The translations under genes and the position numbers were made by a program. A DNA stretch of 64,000 bases. Origin: an uncultured bacterium (GTDB taxonomy: Bacteria > Hinthialibacterota > Hinthialibacteria > Hinthialibacterales > Hinthialibacteraceae). A model generated the notes under the pieces. It worked only from the letters and a program-made list of their open reading frames with translations. It was not told the origin of the DNA and made no database searches. Shown in pieces: positions 10,620 through 22,700 of the stretch (positions within the stretch are counted from its first letter, which is position 1; each line of letters starts with the position of its first letter). The DNA lies in assembly GCA_964556895.1 (NCBI GenBank), contig CAZKYC010000013.1:49-64048 (forward strand), read 5' to 3'.

Positions 10620-11872
10620 TGATACATATAATTCGAACCCTCTTACGCATTCTGACGCCATTGATCGTGGTTGCGATTGGCTTGGCGGGCGCCTATTGGT
10701 TAATCACTCACCAGCCTCACGCCAAAAAAGAAATTGTCGAGCCTGCGCCCACGCTGGTTGAAGTCTTTACCGTTCATCTAGTCGGCCAAAACGTCGTCAT
10801 CGGCGCTTCGGGAACCGTCGTGCCTGCGCAGATGGTCGACCTTCGCCCTCAAGTCAGTGGAAAGATTATTGAACAATCCAGCGAGTTGGTTCCCGGCGGG
10901 CGCTTTCAAAAAGGCGAGGTGATGCTGCGTATTGAGCCGGACGATTATGAGTATCGCGTCGAACAACAAAAAGCGTTGCTCGAACAGGCGCAGCTGCGTT
11001 TGTTGGAAGAACAAGGCCGCCAAACCATTGCTCAACGCGAGTGGAACCTGCTTGGCAACGAGGTCGAACAAGATGACATCGGGCGCGACCTGGCGCTGCG
11101 CAAACCGCATATCAAAAACGCCAAGGCGGCGCTGCTCTCCGCCCAAAGCAGCCTGGATGACGCCAGGCTTCAACTCAAGCGCACCGTCATCAAAGCCCCG
11201 TTTAACGCCTTTATTCGCGATGAGTTTGTTGACATCGGCCAACTGGTCAACCCCCAAACCCGCATCGCCGACTTGATCGGCACTGACGAAGTATGGATCG
11301 AGGCGTCGATCCCTGTGATGTACCTGCCCTGGATCAAACTGCCCCAACGCGACGGCGACGGGTCAACGGCTACGGTCATACATGACGCGGGCGCGCTGCG
11401 CTCGGCCTGGCAGGGCCGCGTCATTCGGTTGATGGGCGCGCTCTCACAAGTCGGACGAAACGCCAAAGTGCTACTCTCTGTTCAAGACCCGTTCAATTTA
11501 CAAGACCACTCTAACAACCCCCAAACGCCTCTGTTAGTCGACACCTACGTCCAAGTTCAAATCGAAGGCAAGCGCGCCGACAACGTGTTTTCGCTGCCCG
11601 AAGCGGCGGTCCGCCAAGACGACCAGGGCGGCGACAGCGTGTGGGTGATGGACGCCAACAACCGTTTGTCGATTCGTAAGATTGACATCCTGCTGCGGCA
11701 AGAAAAATACCTCCTGGTTCGGGAGGGGCTCAGTGACGGCGACCGCGTCATCATCAGCCGCCTGGGCGCGCCGTTGCCTGGCATGAAATTGCGTACAGAA
11801 GATATGAATCCCGAAGGCGGCCCACAACTCATCGCTGAACCATCCAACGCCAGAGAGGAGACAAGCCAATGA
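10619..11872 (+). CDS. RND efflux periplasmic adaptor (MFP) subunit
   Basis: N-terminal TM anchor, PQVSGKI, IKAPFNA and GLSDGDRVI motifs. Confidence 0.92.
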   Translation: MIHIIRTLLRILTPLIVVAIGLAGAYWLITHQPHAKKEIVEPAPTLVEVFTVHLVGQNVVIGASGTVVPAQMVDLRPQVSGKIIEQSSELVPGGRFQKGEVMLRIEPDDYEYRVEQQKALLEQAQLRLLEEQGRQTIAQREWNLLGNEVEQDDIGRDLALRKPHIKNAKAALLSAQSSLDDARLQLKRTVIKAPFNAFIRDEFVDIGQLVNPQTRIADLIGTDEVWIEASIPVMYLPWIKLPQRDGDGSTATVIHDAGALRSAWQGRVIRLMGALSQVGRNAKVLLSVQDPFNLQDHSNNPQTPLLVDTYVQVQIEGKRADNVFSLPEAAVRQDDQGGDSVWVMDANNRLSIRKIDILLRQEKYLLVREGLSDGDRVIISRLGAPLPGMKLRTEDMNPEGGPQLIAEPSNAREETSQ

Positions 11873-14800
11873 CCTCTTCGCCCCACAAAGGCCCGGTCGC
11901 ATGGATGGCGCGCAACTCGGTCGCGGCCAATTTATTGATGATCTGTTTATTAGTCGGCGGGACGCTGTTTGCGTTAAACGTAAAACAAGAGGTCATGCCT
12001 GAGTTTGAACTCGACCTGGTGTTGGTCCAGGTGGCCTACCCCGGCGCCAGCCCGGCGGAGGTCGAGAAGGGCATCATCCAGGCGCTCGAAGAAGAAGTGC
12101 GCGGCCTCGACGGGATCAAAAAAGTCTCATCAACCGCCAATGAAGGCATGGGCTCGGTGGTCATTGAACTCATGTTGGGGACGAACAGCAACAAAGCGCT
12201 TCAAGACGTGAAAGTCGCGGTTGACCGCATCCAGTCGTTCCCCCAAGACGCCGAGCGCCCTATCGTCAGCCTGTTGACCACGCGCTCAGAGGTCATCTCG
12301 CTGGTGTTGTATGGCGACGTGGAAGAATATGTCTTGCGTAACCTCGCCGAAGATGTACGAGAGCGGCTGCTCAATTTTCCAACCATCACACAAGTTGACC
12401 TGGCTGGAGTGCGTCCGCGCGAGATCAGCATTGAAGTGCCCCAAGAACAATTGCGCGCCTATAACCTGACTCTTGACGAAATCGCCCAGCGGGTGCGCAT
12501 GCACGCGGTCGAGATTCCAGCAGGCGGCGTCAAAGCCGACGGCGGCGAGGTGCTCTTGCGCACCATGGAACGCCGCGACTATGGCTCCCAGTTTGAAAAC
12601 GTACCCGTCATCAGCCGCGCTGACGGTTCTCAAGTGAAGTTAGGCGAGATCGCCGCCATCATCGACGGCTTTCGCGACACCGATCAGGCCGCCTATTTTG
12701 ACGGCCAGCCCGCCGCCCGCCTGGTGGTGTTTCGCCTGGGCAACCAACGCCCGATTGAAATCGCCAAGAAAGTAATAAGATTTGTTGAAGAGTTAAAGGT
12801 CGAATTGCCGCCGGGCGTCGAAGTCGCCACCTGGTTTGACGCGTCAGAACTGTTTTCTGACCGCATCAGCCTGTTGTTGCGCAACGCCGGGCTTGGCTTG
12901 ATTTTGGTCTTATTTGTCTTGGGTCTGTTTCTTGAAATTCGCCTGGCGTTTTGGGTGACGATGGGCATCCCGATTTCGGTGTTGGGTTCATTTTTGTTGT
13001 TCCCTAACACGGGCGCTTCGATCAATATGATTTCGCTGTTCGCGTTTATCGTGACGTTGGGCATCATCGTCGACGACGCCATTGTGGTCGGCGAAAACAT
13101 ATACGAATACCGGCAACGCGGCATGAATTTTCTTGACGCCGCCATTCATGGCGCCAAGACGGTGACCATGCCGGTGACCTTTGCGGTGTTGTCAAACATC
13201 GCCGCGTTTACACCGCTGTTGTTTCTACCCGGCATCATGGGCAAGTTTTTTCGGGTGATTCCGATCATTGTTATATCGGTATTTATTTTTTCTCTGATCG
13301 AGTCGCTGTTTGTCTTGCCCGCCCACCTGGCCCATCAAAAGCCGCTCGAAAAACGCACACGCATCGAACGGTGGATCTTTCGCCAGCAACAAAAATTCGC
13401 CAACGGCCTGAATGGGTTTATTCAAACCGCATACACCCCGGTGATGCGCACAGCGGTGCAGTACCGCTATTTCACCCTGTCAATCGGGGTCGCGTTGTTA
13501 ATCATCTCCGGCGCCGCGGTGGCGGGTGGGCATGTCTCGTTTGTCTTCTTCCCGAAGGTGGATACAGACGTGATCGCGGTAACCGGTGAATATCCCTTCG
13601 GCGCGTCAATTGAAGAGAGCAAGAAACTGCAGGCCGAATTGGTGAGAGCGGCGAAAGACGTCTTGGCCCGCCACGGCGGCGACGACATTACCCGCGGCAT
13701 CATGACTTTTTTGGCCAACGGCAGCCAGGGCCGTGAAGGCCGCAGCGCGGGCAGCCACCTTTCGACTGTTGAGGTGTATCTTGTCCCTAGCGACAAACGC
13801 CCCATCACCGCGGCCCAATTTACCAAAGAATGGCGCGCCGAAATTGAACAACCGCCCGGCATTGAGTCGTTACAATTCAGATATAGCACCGGCCCCGGCG
13901 GCGGCTCTGACATCGACATTCAATTGACGCATCCTGAAATCGACATGCTTGAATCGGCAGCGACTGAACTCGGAACCGCCCTGCAAAATTACGCTGGCGT
14001 CAAAGACATCGACGACGGCTTTTCGCTAGGCAAGCCGCAATATGACCTGAAACTGAAAGACGAAGCCCGCAGCCTGGGCGTGACCGCCGCTGACTTGGCG
14101 ACGCAGCTGCGCGGCGCGTTTTATGGCGCGCGCGCGTTTCGCCAACAGCGCGGCCGCGACGAAATCTGGGTGATGGTGAGACTGCCTGAAGATGAGCGCA
14201 CGTCCATCTATGACATTGAGAACTATTTGATCCGCACGCCAGGGGGCGGCGAGGCGCCGCTTCGCGAGGCCGCCCATATTACACGCGGGCGTTCCTACAC
14301 CATCATCAATCGCGTCGACGGGCGCCGGGTGGTCAACGTCAGCGCCGATTGTGAACCGGGCGTCGCGAACCCCGGCCAGGTGTTGTCTGAAGTTGAAGCC
14401 AACGTGTTGCCCGCCATTCTGGCCAACTACCCGGGCATGTCCTACTCGCTCGAAGGCCAACAAGCCGAGCAACGCGACACCATGGACGGGTTGTTGACCG
14501 GGTTTATCTTCGCCATGTTAGCGATCTTTTCGATGTTGGCGGTTCCGTTTCGCAGTTACATTCAGCCGATCATCGTCATGTCGGCGATTCCATTTGGCGT
14601 GATCGGCGCCATTATCGGCCATATCATCATGGGCTATGAAATGAGCATCGTCAGCATGTTTGGCCTGGTGGCGCTGACCGGCGTGGTGGTCAACGACTCG
14701 CTGGTCATGGTTGACGCCGCCAACCGCCGCCGGTGGACCGAACAGCTGACGCCCTATGAAGCCATCACCGCCGCCGCGCAGCGTCGCTTTCGCCCGATTT

Positions 14801-15045
14801 TGTTGACCTCGCTGACGACGTTCTTGGGATTGACGCCGATGATTTTAGAAACCTCGGTGCAGGCGAGGTTTTTGATCCCGATGGCGATTTCACTCGGCTT
14901 TGGAATCATGTTCTCGACTCTCATTATTTTGTTCTTGGTGCCGTCGCTCTATATGATCGTCGAAGATGTGAAATACCTGTATGGCTTCGAAGAAGACGCC
15001 GAACTCCATCGCTATGACGAAGAGCCAGAGACGGCGAGCGCCTAA
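11869..15045 (+). CDS. RND efflux transporter permease (AcrB/AcrD/AcrF family)
   Basis: 1058 aa with [22 protein letters not shown] and [12 protein letters not shown] motifs. Confidence 0.95.
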   Translation: MTSSPHKGPVAWMARNSVAANLLMICLLVGGTLFALNVKQEVMPEFELDLVLVQVAYPGASPAEVEKGIIQALEEEVRGLDGIKKVSSTANEGMGSVVIELMLGTNSNKALQDVKVAVDRIQSFPQDAERPIVSLLTTRSEVISLVLYGDVEEYVLRNLAEDVRERLLNFPTITQVDLAGVRPREISIEVPQEQLRAYNLTLDEIAQRVRMHAVEIPAGGVKADGGEVLLRTMERRDYGSQFENVPVISRADGSQVKLGEIAAIIDGFRDTDQAAYFDGQPAARLVVFRLGNQRPIEIAKKVIRFVEELKVELPPGVEVATWFDASELFSDRISLLLRNAGLGLILVLFVLGLFLEIRLAFWVTMGIPISVLGSFLLFPNTGASINMISLFAFIVTLGIIVDDAIVVGENIYEYRQRGMNFLDAAIHGAKTVTMPVTFAVLSNIAAFTPLLFLPGIMGKFFRVIPIIVISVFIFSLIESLFVLPAHLAHQKPLEKRTRIERWIFRQQQKFANGLNGFIQTAYTPVMRTAVQYRYFTLSIGVALLIISGAAVAGGHVSFVFFPKVDTDVIAVTGEYPFGASIEESKKLQAELVRAAKDVLARHGGDDITRGIMTFLANGSQGREGRSAGSHLSTVEVYLVPSDKRPITAAQFTKEWRAEIEQPPGIESLQFRYSTGPGGGSDIDIQLTHPEIDMLESAATELGTALQNYAGVKDIDDGFSLGKPQYDLKLKDEARSLGVTAADLATQLRGAFYGARAFRQQRGRDEIWVMVRLPEDERTSIYDIENYLIRTPGGGEAPLREAAHITRGRSYTIINRVDGRRVVNVSADCEPGVANPGQVLSEVEANVLPAILANYPGMSYSLEGQQAEQRDTMDGLLTGFIFAMLAIFSMLAVPFRSYIQPIIVMSAIPFGVIGAIIGHIIMGYEMSIVSMFGLVALTGVVVNDSLVMVDAANRRRWTEQLTPYEAITAAAQRRFRPILLTSLTTFLGLTPMILETSVQARFLIPMAISLGFGIMFSTLIILFLVPSLYMIVEDVKYLYGFEEDAELHRYDEEPETASA

Positions 15046-15860
15046 CGCGATGGGCTGCTGACCAGGTCAATATCCACCGCTTGGAAGGATCCCTCTTTGT
15101 TTCCGGTTTCAAGGGTGAATTCAAATATATGGGCGCGGCTGGGCAGATCGTTCAGCGACGACCCATGAGGCAGTTTGGATTCATGAAAAAAGACGGTGGT
15201 ATAGCCGTCTTTTTCGTTCATATCAGGGCGGATGTCTTTCACAAACCGAAACCAGCCGTAGTTTTCTTTAACACTATAACACACCCCGCGAACGCGAGAG
15301 CCTAACTGCCCCCAGCGGGCGCCAGTGTAATCATCACTTGGCAGCAGGCCGGGAATCAAATAGCCGGAATAATAGATATCGGCTTCGTTGCGCAACTCGG
15401 TCGAGATGTTATCGAAGGCCAGGGCTTCGACGCGACAGCCGTTGTTCTGAAGCGCCTTCACGACCCGAACAAAATCGCCGTCGCCCGTCACCAGCAACAC
15501 CCGGTCTAAATTTTTGGATTGAAGCAAGGCGTCAACCGCCAAGTCGAGGTCGGCGTTGGCCTTGCCATAGCGGTTGCCCTGTTCATCGGTGTACCATTTG
15601 ACTTCTTTACGAATCACTTTGTAGCCAAAATCTTGCAACGCGGAAAAAAAGTTCTGCTGCGACTTACGGTAGGCATGGTCTTGGTCGGCGCGATAGCGGT
15701 CATAAGCGACATACGCGTTCAGCCGCACCGGGATCGAATTATCGCGGCAGGCGAAGTTTCGCAACACGTCGAATTGAATTCCATACCCGCCGTTGCGCGA
15801 TATATTCGCGACGTCGACATAAACGCCGATATTGATGTTGTTGTATAAGGAAGTTGTCAT
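15042..15860 (-). CDS. NYN (LabA/DUF88) domain protein with C-terminal cold-shock-like OB domain
   Basis: YVDVANI, KANADLDLAVD and TGDGDF (NYN), then YGWFRF...VFFHES (cold-shock RNP motifs). Confidence 0.85.
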   Translation of the reverse strand: MTTSLYNNINIGVYVDVANISRNGGYGIQFDVLRNFACRDNSIPVRLNAYVAYDRYRADQDHAYRKSQQNFFSALQDFGYKVIRKEVKWYTDEQGNRYGKANADLDLAVDALLQSKNLDRVLLVTGDGDFVRVVKALQNNGCRVEALAFDNISTELRNEADIYYSGYLIPGLLPSDDYTGARWGQLGSRVRGVCYSVKENYGWFRFVKDIRPDMNEKDGYTTVFFHESKLPHGSSLNDLPSRAHIFEFTLETGNKEGSFQAVDIDLVSSPSR

Positions 15861-15893
15861 GGAAAAAATCAACTCTCAATTTAGAATTATCAT

Positions 15894-16142
15894 TCATGCA
15901 GCTGGTAATGGTTTAATCTGTTTGACTTTGTTTAGATCCACTCGTTTTCGCGCATGCCCTAAATCGTAGTTGTCTTGCATGGTCAACCAACTCTCTGGAA
16001 AGCGGTCAAACGCTTTCGACAAGCGCAGCGCCATTTCGGGCGAGACATTGCTTTCGCCATTCAATAAACGGTTGAAAGTTGATGGTGAGACTCCAAGATT
16101 CTCAGCCGCCTTTCTCACACTGACATTCAGTCGCGATAGATA
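15894..16142 (-). pseudogene. higA: HigA/VapI-family antitoxin, N-terminally truncated
   Basis: YLSRLNVSVRKAAENLGVSPSTFNRLLNG...SPEMALRLSKAF...WLTMQDNYDL. The N-terminal HPGE segment and a proper start are missing. Confidence 0.8.
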
Positions 16143-16267
16143 CAGATGTTGCCGTCGGCGTCAGCGTCAAGAATTGTGTTTTCATCTAAATCTTTTGATT
16201 CTACAATTTCAGAGTCTCGAAATTCAATATATAACGTATCGGTGTCATCAACATATTGTGTTTTCAC
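16127..16267 (-). pseudogene. DUF2283-family protein, C-terminally truncated
   Basis: Translated by hand: MKTQYVDDTDTLYIEFRDSEIVESKDLDENTILDADADGNICIYRD*. After GNIC it breaks into higA sequence. Confidence 0.75.
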
Positions 16268-16269
16268 GG

Positions 16270-16498
16270 TTAGAACCTCCGGTCAACAAAGGCGTCATGA
16301 ACGGTTTCTCTATCAGAAAGTAAAACAACTCTTAAATAGTTTCTCCATTTTTTCTATTCTCGCCCATCGCCTGACACGCCCGTCAGATTGAACTGCTTCA
16401 TGCTCTGGTTCGCCAATGACTTTTTCAATCCAGGCGTCTTGTATCATCACTCTATCAGGGCGAGACCGTATAGATTGAAAATACTTCGTCGTCCTCAC
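16270..16498 (-). pseudogene. Frameshifted toxin-like partner of DUF2283 (DUF4258-like)
   Basis: MRTTKYF...DGRVRRWARIEK, then a shift near 16345 to NYLRVVLLSDRETVHDAFVDRRF*. Confidence 0.7.
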
Positions 16499-16559
16499 TA
16501 TCAAAGCACCTTAACCAATCATTATATAACAAGTATAGGCTTATTCTAAATTCAGTTAA

Positions 16560-16592
16560 CAAAAAACCGGGGCGGTGTGACGGCCGCCCCGG
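16560..16592 (-). terminator. Rho-independent terminator
   Basis: CCGGGGCGG/CCGCCCCGG stem followed by a T-tract on the minus strand, after the isomerase-like gene. Confidence 0.8.
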
Positions 16593-16623
16593 CGTGGTGT
16601 TCATAAAGAATGCGTCTAACCGA

Positions 16624-17661
16624 TTAGTCGTCGGCGCCCATGCCGTCTTCAAACGAGCCGGCGGCCACCGGGAAGCAGCAGTTGTCACGGACATAGGCGA
16701 TGCCGTTGGCGCTGCAGGCGTCGAGGTCGCGGTGAGCGCTCTCGGCTTCGACCACTAACGGCGCTGTGGCTGTGCCCATCTTGCTCTTATAGAGTTCGGG
16801 GTAGCCGATGGTAATCATTAGTTCGGCGAAACGCACCATATTAATGTCGCCCGAGGGCAGGTCGACAAACTGCATGCCGCGTTGTTGCCAGCCGGCTTCC
16901 ATGGCGCGCAGCGGGAAATCAGGACGGATAGTGTGGTTTTTGATATGGCAGCCGTAGCAGTGTTTCGCCACTTTCAAGAAGCGGGTTTCCCAACTTTCGC
17001 CTTCCCAACAGTGAGAGGGGTCAACGTTGACGCCCAATGAGGCGTCGCCGTCGCAGATATCAACCAACATCAAGAAATCGTCGGCGCACATCGCGCCCGT
17101 ACCCGGGTGAATCTCGTGGCACAACACCGCGCCCAATGAGCGGGCTTTGTCGCGCAGTTTGGCGGTCTTAGCAACAAAGCGCTCTTGACCTTCTTTGATT
17201 AGATCAAAATCTGCACCCGCCCAGAAGCCCCAGGGGTAGCCGCTGCCGACTTCCCAGCCAAAGGCAACGCCCCAAAACATGGGCAACACTTTGACGCCAA
17301 GCTCAGCGGCGTAATCCATGAACTTTAATAGATAATCTTCGGCCCATTGTTCGATTTCGCCGAGCGACTTTTTGGCAACGTCTCCGGGGATAAACGGGCG
17401 GATGCTTTTGGTGCCCGTCCAGGCGGAGGTGTGCACCCAGAAGGGGCAGTGTGACGAAATGCCGTCTAAGGCGAGGCCGTGTTTAGCGAACGTGTCTTTG
17501 ACTTCTGAGGCAGGCTTAAAACCTCCCTTGCCGTCTTCTAACATGAAGTTTGACGGTTGGGCGCCAGCGGCGCCAGACGCCTTCGCAAAGACCAAAAATT
17601 CGTCGAGGCTTTTGGCGCCGTGTTGCGCGCCTTCAATACTGGGGTGAAAACAAGCAGTCAT
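16624..17661 (-). CDS. Sugar phosphate isomerase/epimerase (xylose isomerase-like TIM barrel)
   Basis: HEIHPG, NVDPSH, CHIKN and VEAES metal-binding motifs. Confidence 0.85.
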   Translation of the reverse strand: MTACFHPSIEGAQHGAKSLDEFLVFAKASGAAGAQPSNFMLEDGKGGFKPASEVKDTFAKHGLALDGISSHCPFWVHTSAWTGTKSIRPFIPGDVAKKSLGEIEQWAEDYLLKFMDYAAELGVKVLPMFWGVAFGWEVGSGYPWGFWAGADFDLIKEGQERFVAKTAKLRDKARSLGAVLCHEIHPGTGAMCADDFLMLVDICDGDASLGVNVDPSHCWEGESWETRFLKVAKHCYGCHIKNHTIRPDFPLRAMEAGWQQRGMQFVDLPSGDINMVRFAELMITIGYPELYKSKMGTATAPLVVEAESAHRDLDACSANGIAYVRDNCCFPVAAGSFEDGMGADD

Positions 17662-17996
17662 GATAAATACTCCCTTCCTCCAAAACGTTTATCGTTATTG
17701 TATTGATTTCGCTTTGTAAGCAACCGAATCAGTACAGACGGTCTGGCTACACTCCAAATTACCGCGTCTGGGGCCGGGCTTCAAGGTTGTTGATTCAATC
17801 TCAATCAGGATTCAAGTTGGTAGAAATTTTCATTGATGTAACTTTGAATTTTCTTGTACAACACTACAGGCGCACCCAACAGAATTTTCACAGGTGGTTG
17901 ATTGTCAGCGACAGGGAGAGCCCCTCTCGCCTGAAGGCGAAGGTGTTCGTTGTGTCAAAGAGAGCAGGTTTAACTAAAGGGTAAGAGCAAGAGACA

Positions 17997-19451
17997 TTAC
18001 GGAAAGATGCCTTTCTCAAGGTACGACTGGACGATCTTGTGAATCGCATCAATGAAGGCGGCGGTGCGCAGATCAATATTCCCGTTGTCTTGATTTTTGG
18101 TTTCATGAATGCGCCGATAGGCGTTGATCATGGTGTCTTCAAGCCCGGCGTAGACCAGGTCTTTTTCGTCAGCGCCGCAGCCGATTTTTTTGATGAGCGA
18201 CTCGTCTAATTTCTTTCCGGTGGTTTCTTCAAGAATATCAACAATGGTTTGATGAAAGCGGTCGTCAAAGCGTTTGGTCATGCGTCCAAAGCGAATGTGT
18301 TGAAGATTTTTGATCCATTCAAAATACGAAACGGTCACCCCGCCCGCGTTGAGATATAAATCGGGCAACACCATCACGCCGGTTTTATGAAGAATCTCGC
18401 TGGCTTCTGAGGTAATCGGCCCGTTGGCGGCTTCTGCGACGATCTTGGCTTTGATGCGGTTGACGTTTTCGATGGTAATCACGCTTTCGAGCGCGGCGGG
18501 CAGCAGGATGTCGCATTCCATCTCAAGCGCGCCGTCTTTGTCGTCAACCGTTTCAGCAGTGGGATAATTTTTGAACGAGCCTTGTTCTTTTCGGTAGTTA
18601 TAGACATGCTCAGGCGACAGCCCTTCTTCGCGGTAGATAGCGCAATCGTATTCAATAATGCAGATGATCTTGGCGCCGTGGTCATGCAAAAACTTGGCGG
18701 CGTGAAAGCCGACGTTGCCGAACCCTTGAATGACAACCCGCTTGCCTTCGACGCCTGTTGTCAAGCCAAGCGCTTCCATGTCTTCTTTGATCTTGCAGGC
18801 TTCGCGGATGCCGTAAAACACCCCCAGCCCCGTCGCTTCGGTGCGGCCATGGACGCCGCCCATGGTGACGGGCTTTCCGGTCACGCAGCCGACCGCATTC
18901 AATTCACCGGGGTTTAGAGTGGCGTAGGTGTCAGCGATCCAGGCCATTTCTTGGGGCCCGGTGCCGAAGTCCGGCGCGGGCACGTCGACGCCCGGGCCGA
19001 TAAAATTCTTTTTGTTTAATTCAAAGGTATACCGCCGGGAGATTCTCTCTAACTCGTCGGTTGAGTAATTGTGCTTCGAAATTTTCACCCCGCCCTTGGC
19101 CCCGCCAAACGGCACGTCAACCACGGCGCATTTATAGGTCATCAGCGCCGCCAGAGCGGTCACTTCGTCTTCATTGACGTTGGCGGCGAAGCGGATGCCC
19201 CCCTTGGTAGGCGAGCGGTGGTGGCTGTGTTCGGCGCGCCAGGCGTGAATGACCTCGACCTCGCCGCTGTCACGCTCAAGCGGAAAGGCGAAATGATAGA
19301 CGCTGTTGCATTGTTTGACCTGTTCGAGCAAGCCTTTTGGGTAAGGCGTAAAGGCCGCCGCTTTGTCGAAGTTTTTAAGAACCTGTTCGAAAAATGGAAC
19401 CGGTTTGCTGGGGTGGCTCATTACACTCTCCATTCCAATCGAGGGCTTCAT
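17997..19451 (-). CDS. gdhA: Glu/Leu/Phe/Val dehydrogenase (glutamate dehydrogenase)
   Basis: KGGIRF, MTYKCA, PFGGAKGG, DVPAPD, GFGNVG, EAANGP and NAGGVTVSYFEW motifs. Confidence 0.93.
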   Translation of the reverse strand: MKPSIGMESVMSHPSKPVPFFEQVLKNFDKAAAFTPYPKGLLEQVKQCNSVYHFAFPLERDSGEVEVIHAWRAEHSHHRSPTKGGIRFAANVNEDEVTALAALMTYKCAVVDVPFGGAKGGVKISKHNYSTDELERISRRYTFELNKKNFIGPGVDVPAPDFGTGPQEMAWIADTYATLNPGELNAVGCVTGKPVTMGGVHGRTEATGLGVFYGIREACKIKEDMEALGLTTGVEGKRVVIQGFGNVGFHAAKFLHDHGAKIICIIEYDCAIYREEGLSPEHVYNYRKEQGSFKNYPTAETVDDKDGALEMECDILLPAALESVITIENVNRIKAKIVAEAANGPITSEASEILHKTGVMVLPDLYLNAGGVTVSYFEWIKNLQHIRFGRMTKRFDDRFHQTIVDILEETTGKKLDESLIKKIGCGADEKDLVYAGLEDTMINAYRRIHETKNQDNGNIDLRTAAFIDAIHKIVQSYLEKGIFP

Positions 19452-19583
19452 ATGTCAGTGATACCGAGTTAAACAGGCAGGGCCCGATGACGATGATTCA
19501 CGGTGGGTTAATCCCCTGCATGCTGGGCCCAAAAGTGAATAAAGAGTATCTGTTTTTTAAGATTCTGGAAAGAAAAAAGTAGA

Positions 19584-19787
19584 AGCCATCTCAAAAAACG
19601 ATCATTTGCAGCGGGCGGCATGGGTACAACTCTGCTCGCTTCAGTGCGGCTCCGCTTAGAAGCACAGGCGCTTTTAGAGTTGCACCCATGCCTGAATTGG
19701 ATTGTCTAGTATTGGTATGATGAATCCCTTTTTTTGACCAAATTCCAGGTCATCCATCAAGGGAAGTACTCAAATATCGGAAGAACC
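19584..19787. mobile_element. Chimeric MITE-like element containing family A copy 3 (19617-19692)
   Basis: The left arm (AGCCATCTCAA...TGCAGCG) matches the 8335 element. The right arm (to ...CAAATATCGGAAGAACC) matches the 40818 element. Confidence 0.75.
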
Positions 19788-19798
19788 AACTCTTTTTT

Positions 19799-22700
19799 AT
19801 GGGGAGCGCTGTTGACACGATAAAACAGATTGTAGACAATCGTAAAAAACTTTCTCATCATTGGTTGAAGCCTAAAATGACGTGGCGTCGTTTGAACCGA
19901 ACAGCACTGCAGCTATGTATGATTGTTTGCGCATACGTTGTTGTCTTTGCGTACATTTCATCCATCTATTCAAATTATCAAAAGCCTTCAATCACTCAGC
20001 CGTCTGCGTTTACCCCGACGCCGTCAGACACACCCACCCCGTCTCAGGACCCGACCCAGACAAAAACGCCAACCCTGATCGCAACCTCAACCTCGACGCC
20101 GACGCCGACGGCCGTTCCACAACCGACGGCGACCAATACGCCGTTACCGTCGCCGCCTGTTCCAACAATAATAAACACGCCAACGTCGACGCCTGTTCCA
20201 ACAATGACAAACACGCCAGCGCCGACAACCACCAATACCCCTCAGCCAACCGTGACGCCTGAGCCAACCGCTACGCCGACTCTGGCGCCCATTTCTACGA
20301 CAACTCCAACTGAAACCCATACGCCAAACCCAACAGCCACGGCTGAACCCACACGGAGCCATACGCCGGCCCCGACACAAACTTCGACTCCAACATCAAC
20401 GCCTGAGCCAACCGAAACGGCGATTCCAACAGTGACCCAGACTCAAACACCGACAGCAACTCAAACTCCGACAGCTATACCGACGCCCGTTTTGATTCAA
20501 AACCCGCCAATGCTGATTCCTAACCTGCATCCATTGTATGAATTAAAGCGATTTGAGACGGTAGCCATTCAGATTAAAGCGTTTGACCCAGACCAGGACG
20601 AAATCGCTTTTCGCGTTGAACCAGACGAATATATATTTGGCGTGATCGAAACCAATGACCTATTCACTTCAGGGGTCCGTTTTTTTCTCCAATCTAATTT
20701 ACCCGTGGGAGACTACCAGATCACCATTTCCGCCAGCGACGGCGTATTTGACGTTCAGCAAACCTTATCATTTCGCATCTTGGCAGAACCGCCAACGCAG
20801 ACGCCAGTTCCGACTGTGACTCAAACCAATACGCCAACCATCGAGCCAACGAGTACGCCTGCTCTTACCCCCTCTTCAACGCCGACGCCAACCCCAACCC
20901 CAACCATTTTACCGACTGTGACGCCGACGCTTTCGCCCACAGCGACGGCAACTCTTCAGCCGACTCACACGCCAGCGCCAACCATTACGCCGACCGCCGC
21001 GCCGACGGTTGAGCCAACAGTTGAGCCAACAGTTGAGCCAACGATGACAGCCGCGCCGCCACAGCCTCCCGTGATCCAGCGTTTGCCTGACTTGCGAATT
21101 TTGATTGATGAAACTGGCCAGCCGTTACTTGATTTGGATGACTACGCGCTTGATCGCCTTACACAGAGACAGAACCTGGCCTGGAACGCGCGGCCCTTGT
21201 CAGACGGCTTGCGCCTGTCGATTGACGGTGGCAACCAATTGTATGTAGAAGCGCCAAAGCGCGTAGGGAAATACAAAGCGCGGTTGACGCTTTCAGATAA
21301 CCACAATCAGGCGATGCAGGAGATCACCATAAAAATTTCGAGTTTCAGGATGGGCGGCTTCTTGCGCCTGCCGCCCATTGGGTTGGGGGTGAATGAGAGA
21401 TACATCACGCCGTATTCATTGTTTGATTCCATACAGCCGCCTGACTTCCCAATCAGCGAGATCGACTGGCAAATCACCGAACCACTACCAGTTGGCATTG
21501 AACAGATGCGCATTCTTGATGATGGGCGAGTCGAGATTATTGTTGGAGAAAACCCGCCAACACGACCAATACCACTGCCAATACTGGCGAAGCGCGTCGT
21601 TCGTCCGGCCCCGACGCCAACACCGCTTATCCCCACGCCAAGCGTGACGCCAACGACAAGGCCAACGCCGCCAACTCCGACCCCGGTGATCATAGCGCAG
21701 GCCTGCGGCCGCGAGTTGGCGTTTTCAAAAACGCTCGAAATCGAAGTTGGCGCTCAACCCTATGAAATGGTGTGGGCGGACGCCAACGGCGACGCGCGCC
21801 TCGATTATTTGGTGGCGAATTATGGCGAGTCGACCGCGTCGTTATTACTTAGTAATGAAAACGGCTCATTCACCAAACAGGATTTGCAAAGCGGCGACGG
21901 CTGTTTGAATGTTGGGTTAGATGATCTTAACGAAGACGGGCTTGTCGATGTGATCTTACTCGGCGGGTATGACTCAACCATCACTTACTACCAGGCGAAC
22001 GAACATGGCTTTGATGAGCCGATCACACTCACCCTGCCCGAAATAATCTATCTCCCTGAAGAGCGCATTGAGCGGTCGCGCATTCGCTTAATCACCACCG
22101 GCAGGTTTTTTGAAGACCAGCCTAAATCGCTCGTTGTGGCGCTATCGAATATTACGGTGTTTTATCAACTCGAAAACAACTCATTCAAGATGGTGCACAG
22201 CAAGGCTGCCCCATTTTTCTACACCCAAATATCTGCGGTTGATTTGAACGGAGACGGGGTAGATGAATTGGCCGCGGCTCACGCCGACCCAGAACGGATT
22301 CTTTTGTTTCATTTTAAAAATAACAGAATGGGCTTGCGAAGCGACCACTCGCTCAGCGTCGACTTCTTCGGGAATGATCCCCAAGACATTCTCACGGCTG
22401 ATATTAATTTAGACGGGCTGCCTGACATCGCCGCACTGACCTTTAATCGAGAAATCCACACCCTGCTTAGCCCACATTATGCACCATCGATTTTTCAAGA
22501 GCCTGTTTCGCTTGTCGTGAATGATTTTGACGCGGGCGACTTTGACCGCGACGGCGAGATCGAATATCTCCTCGCCGGGTTTGACGTTAACACACAACAG
22601 AGTTCGCTGGCGGTGGTGTGTGGAGACGGCCGCGCGGCGTTTTCGACTGTCATCCCGGTCCCGGTCCCGCAAGCGTTCCCGGTTGGGCAAGAATTTAACA

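Noticed and set aside
8994-14472. Numerous 60-190 aa antisense or alternate-frame ORFs here and throughout the window
   Set aside because: They are shadows of GC-rich genes with clear family motifs and have no independent evidence.
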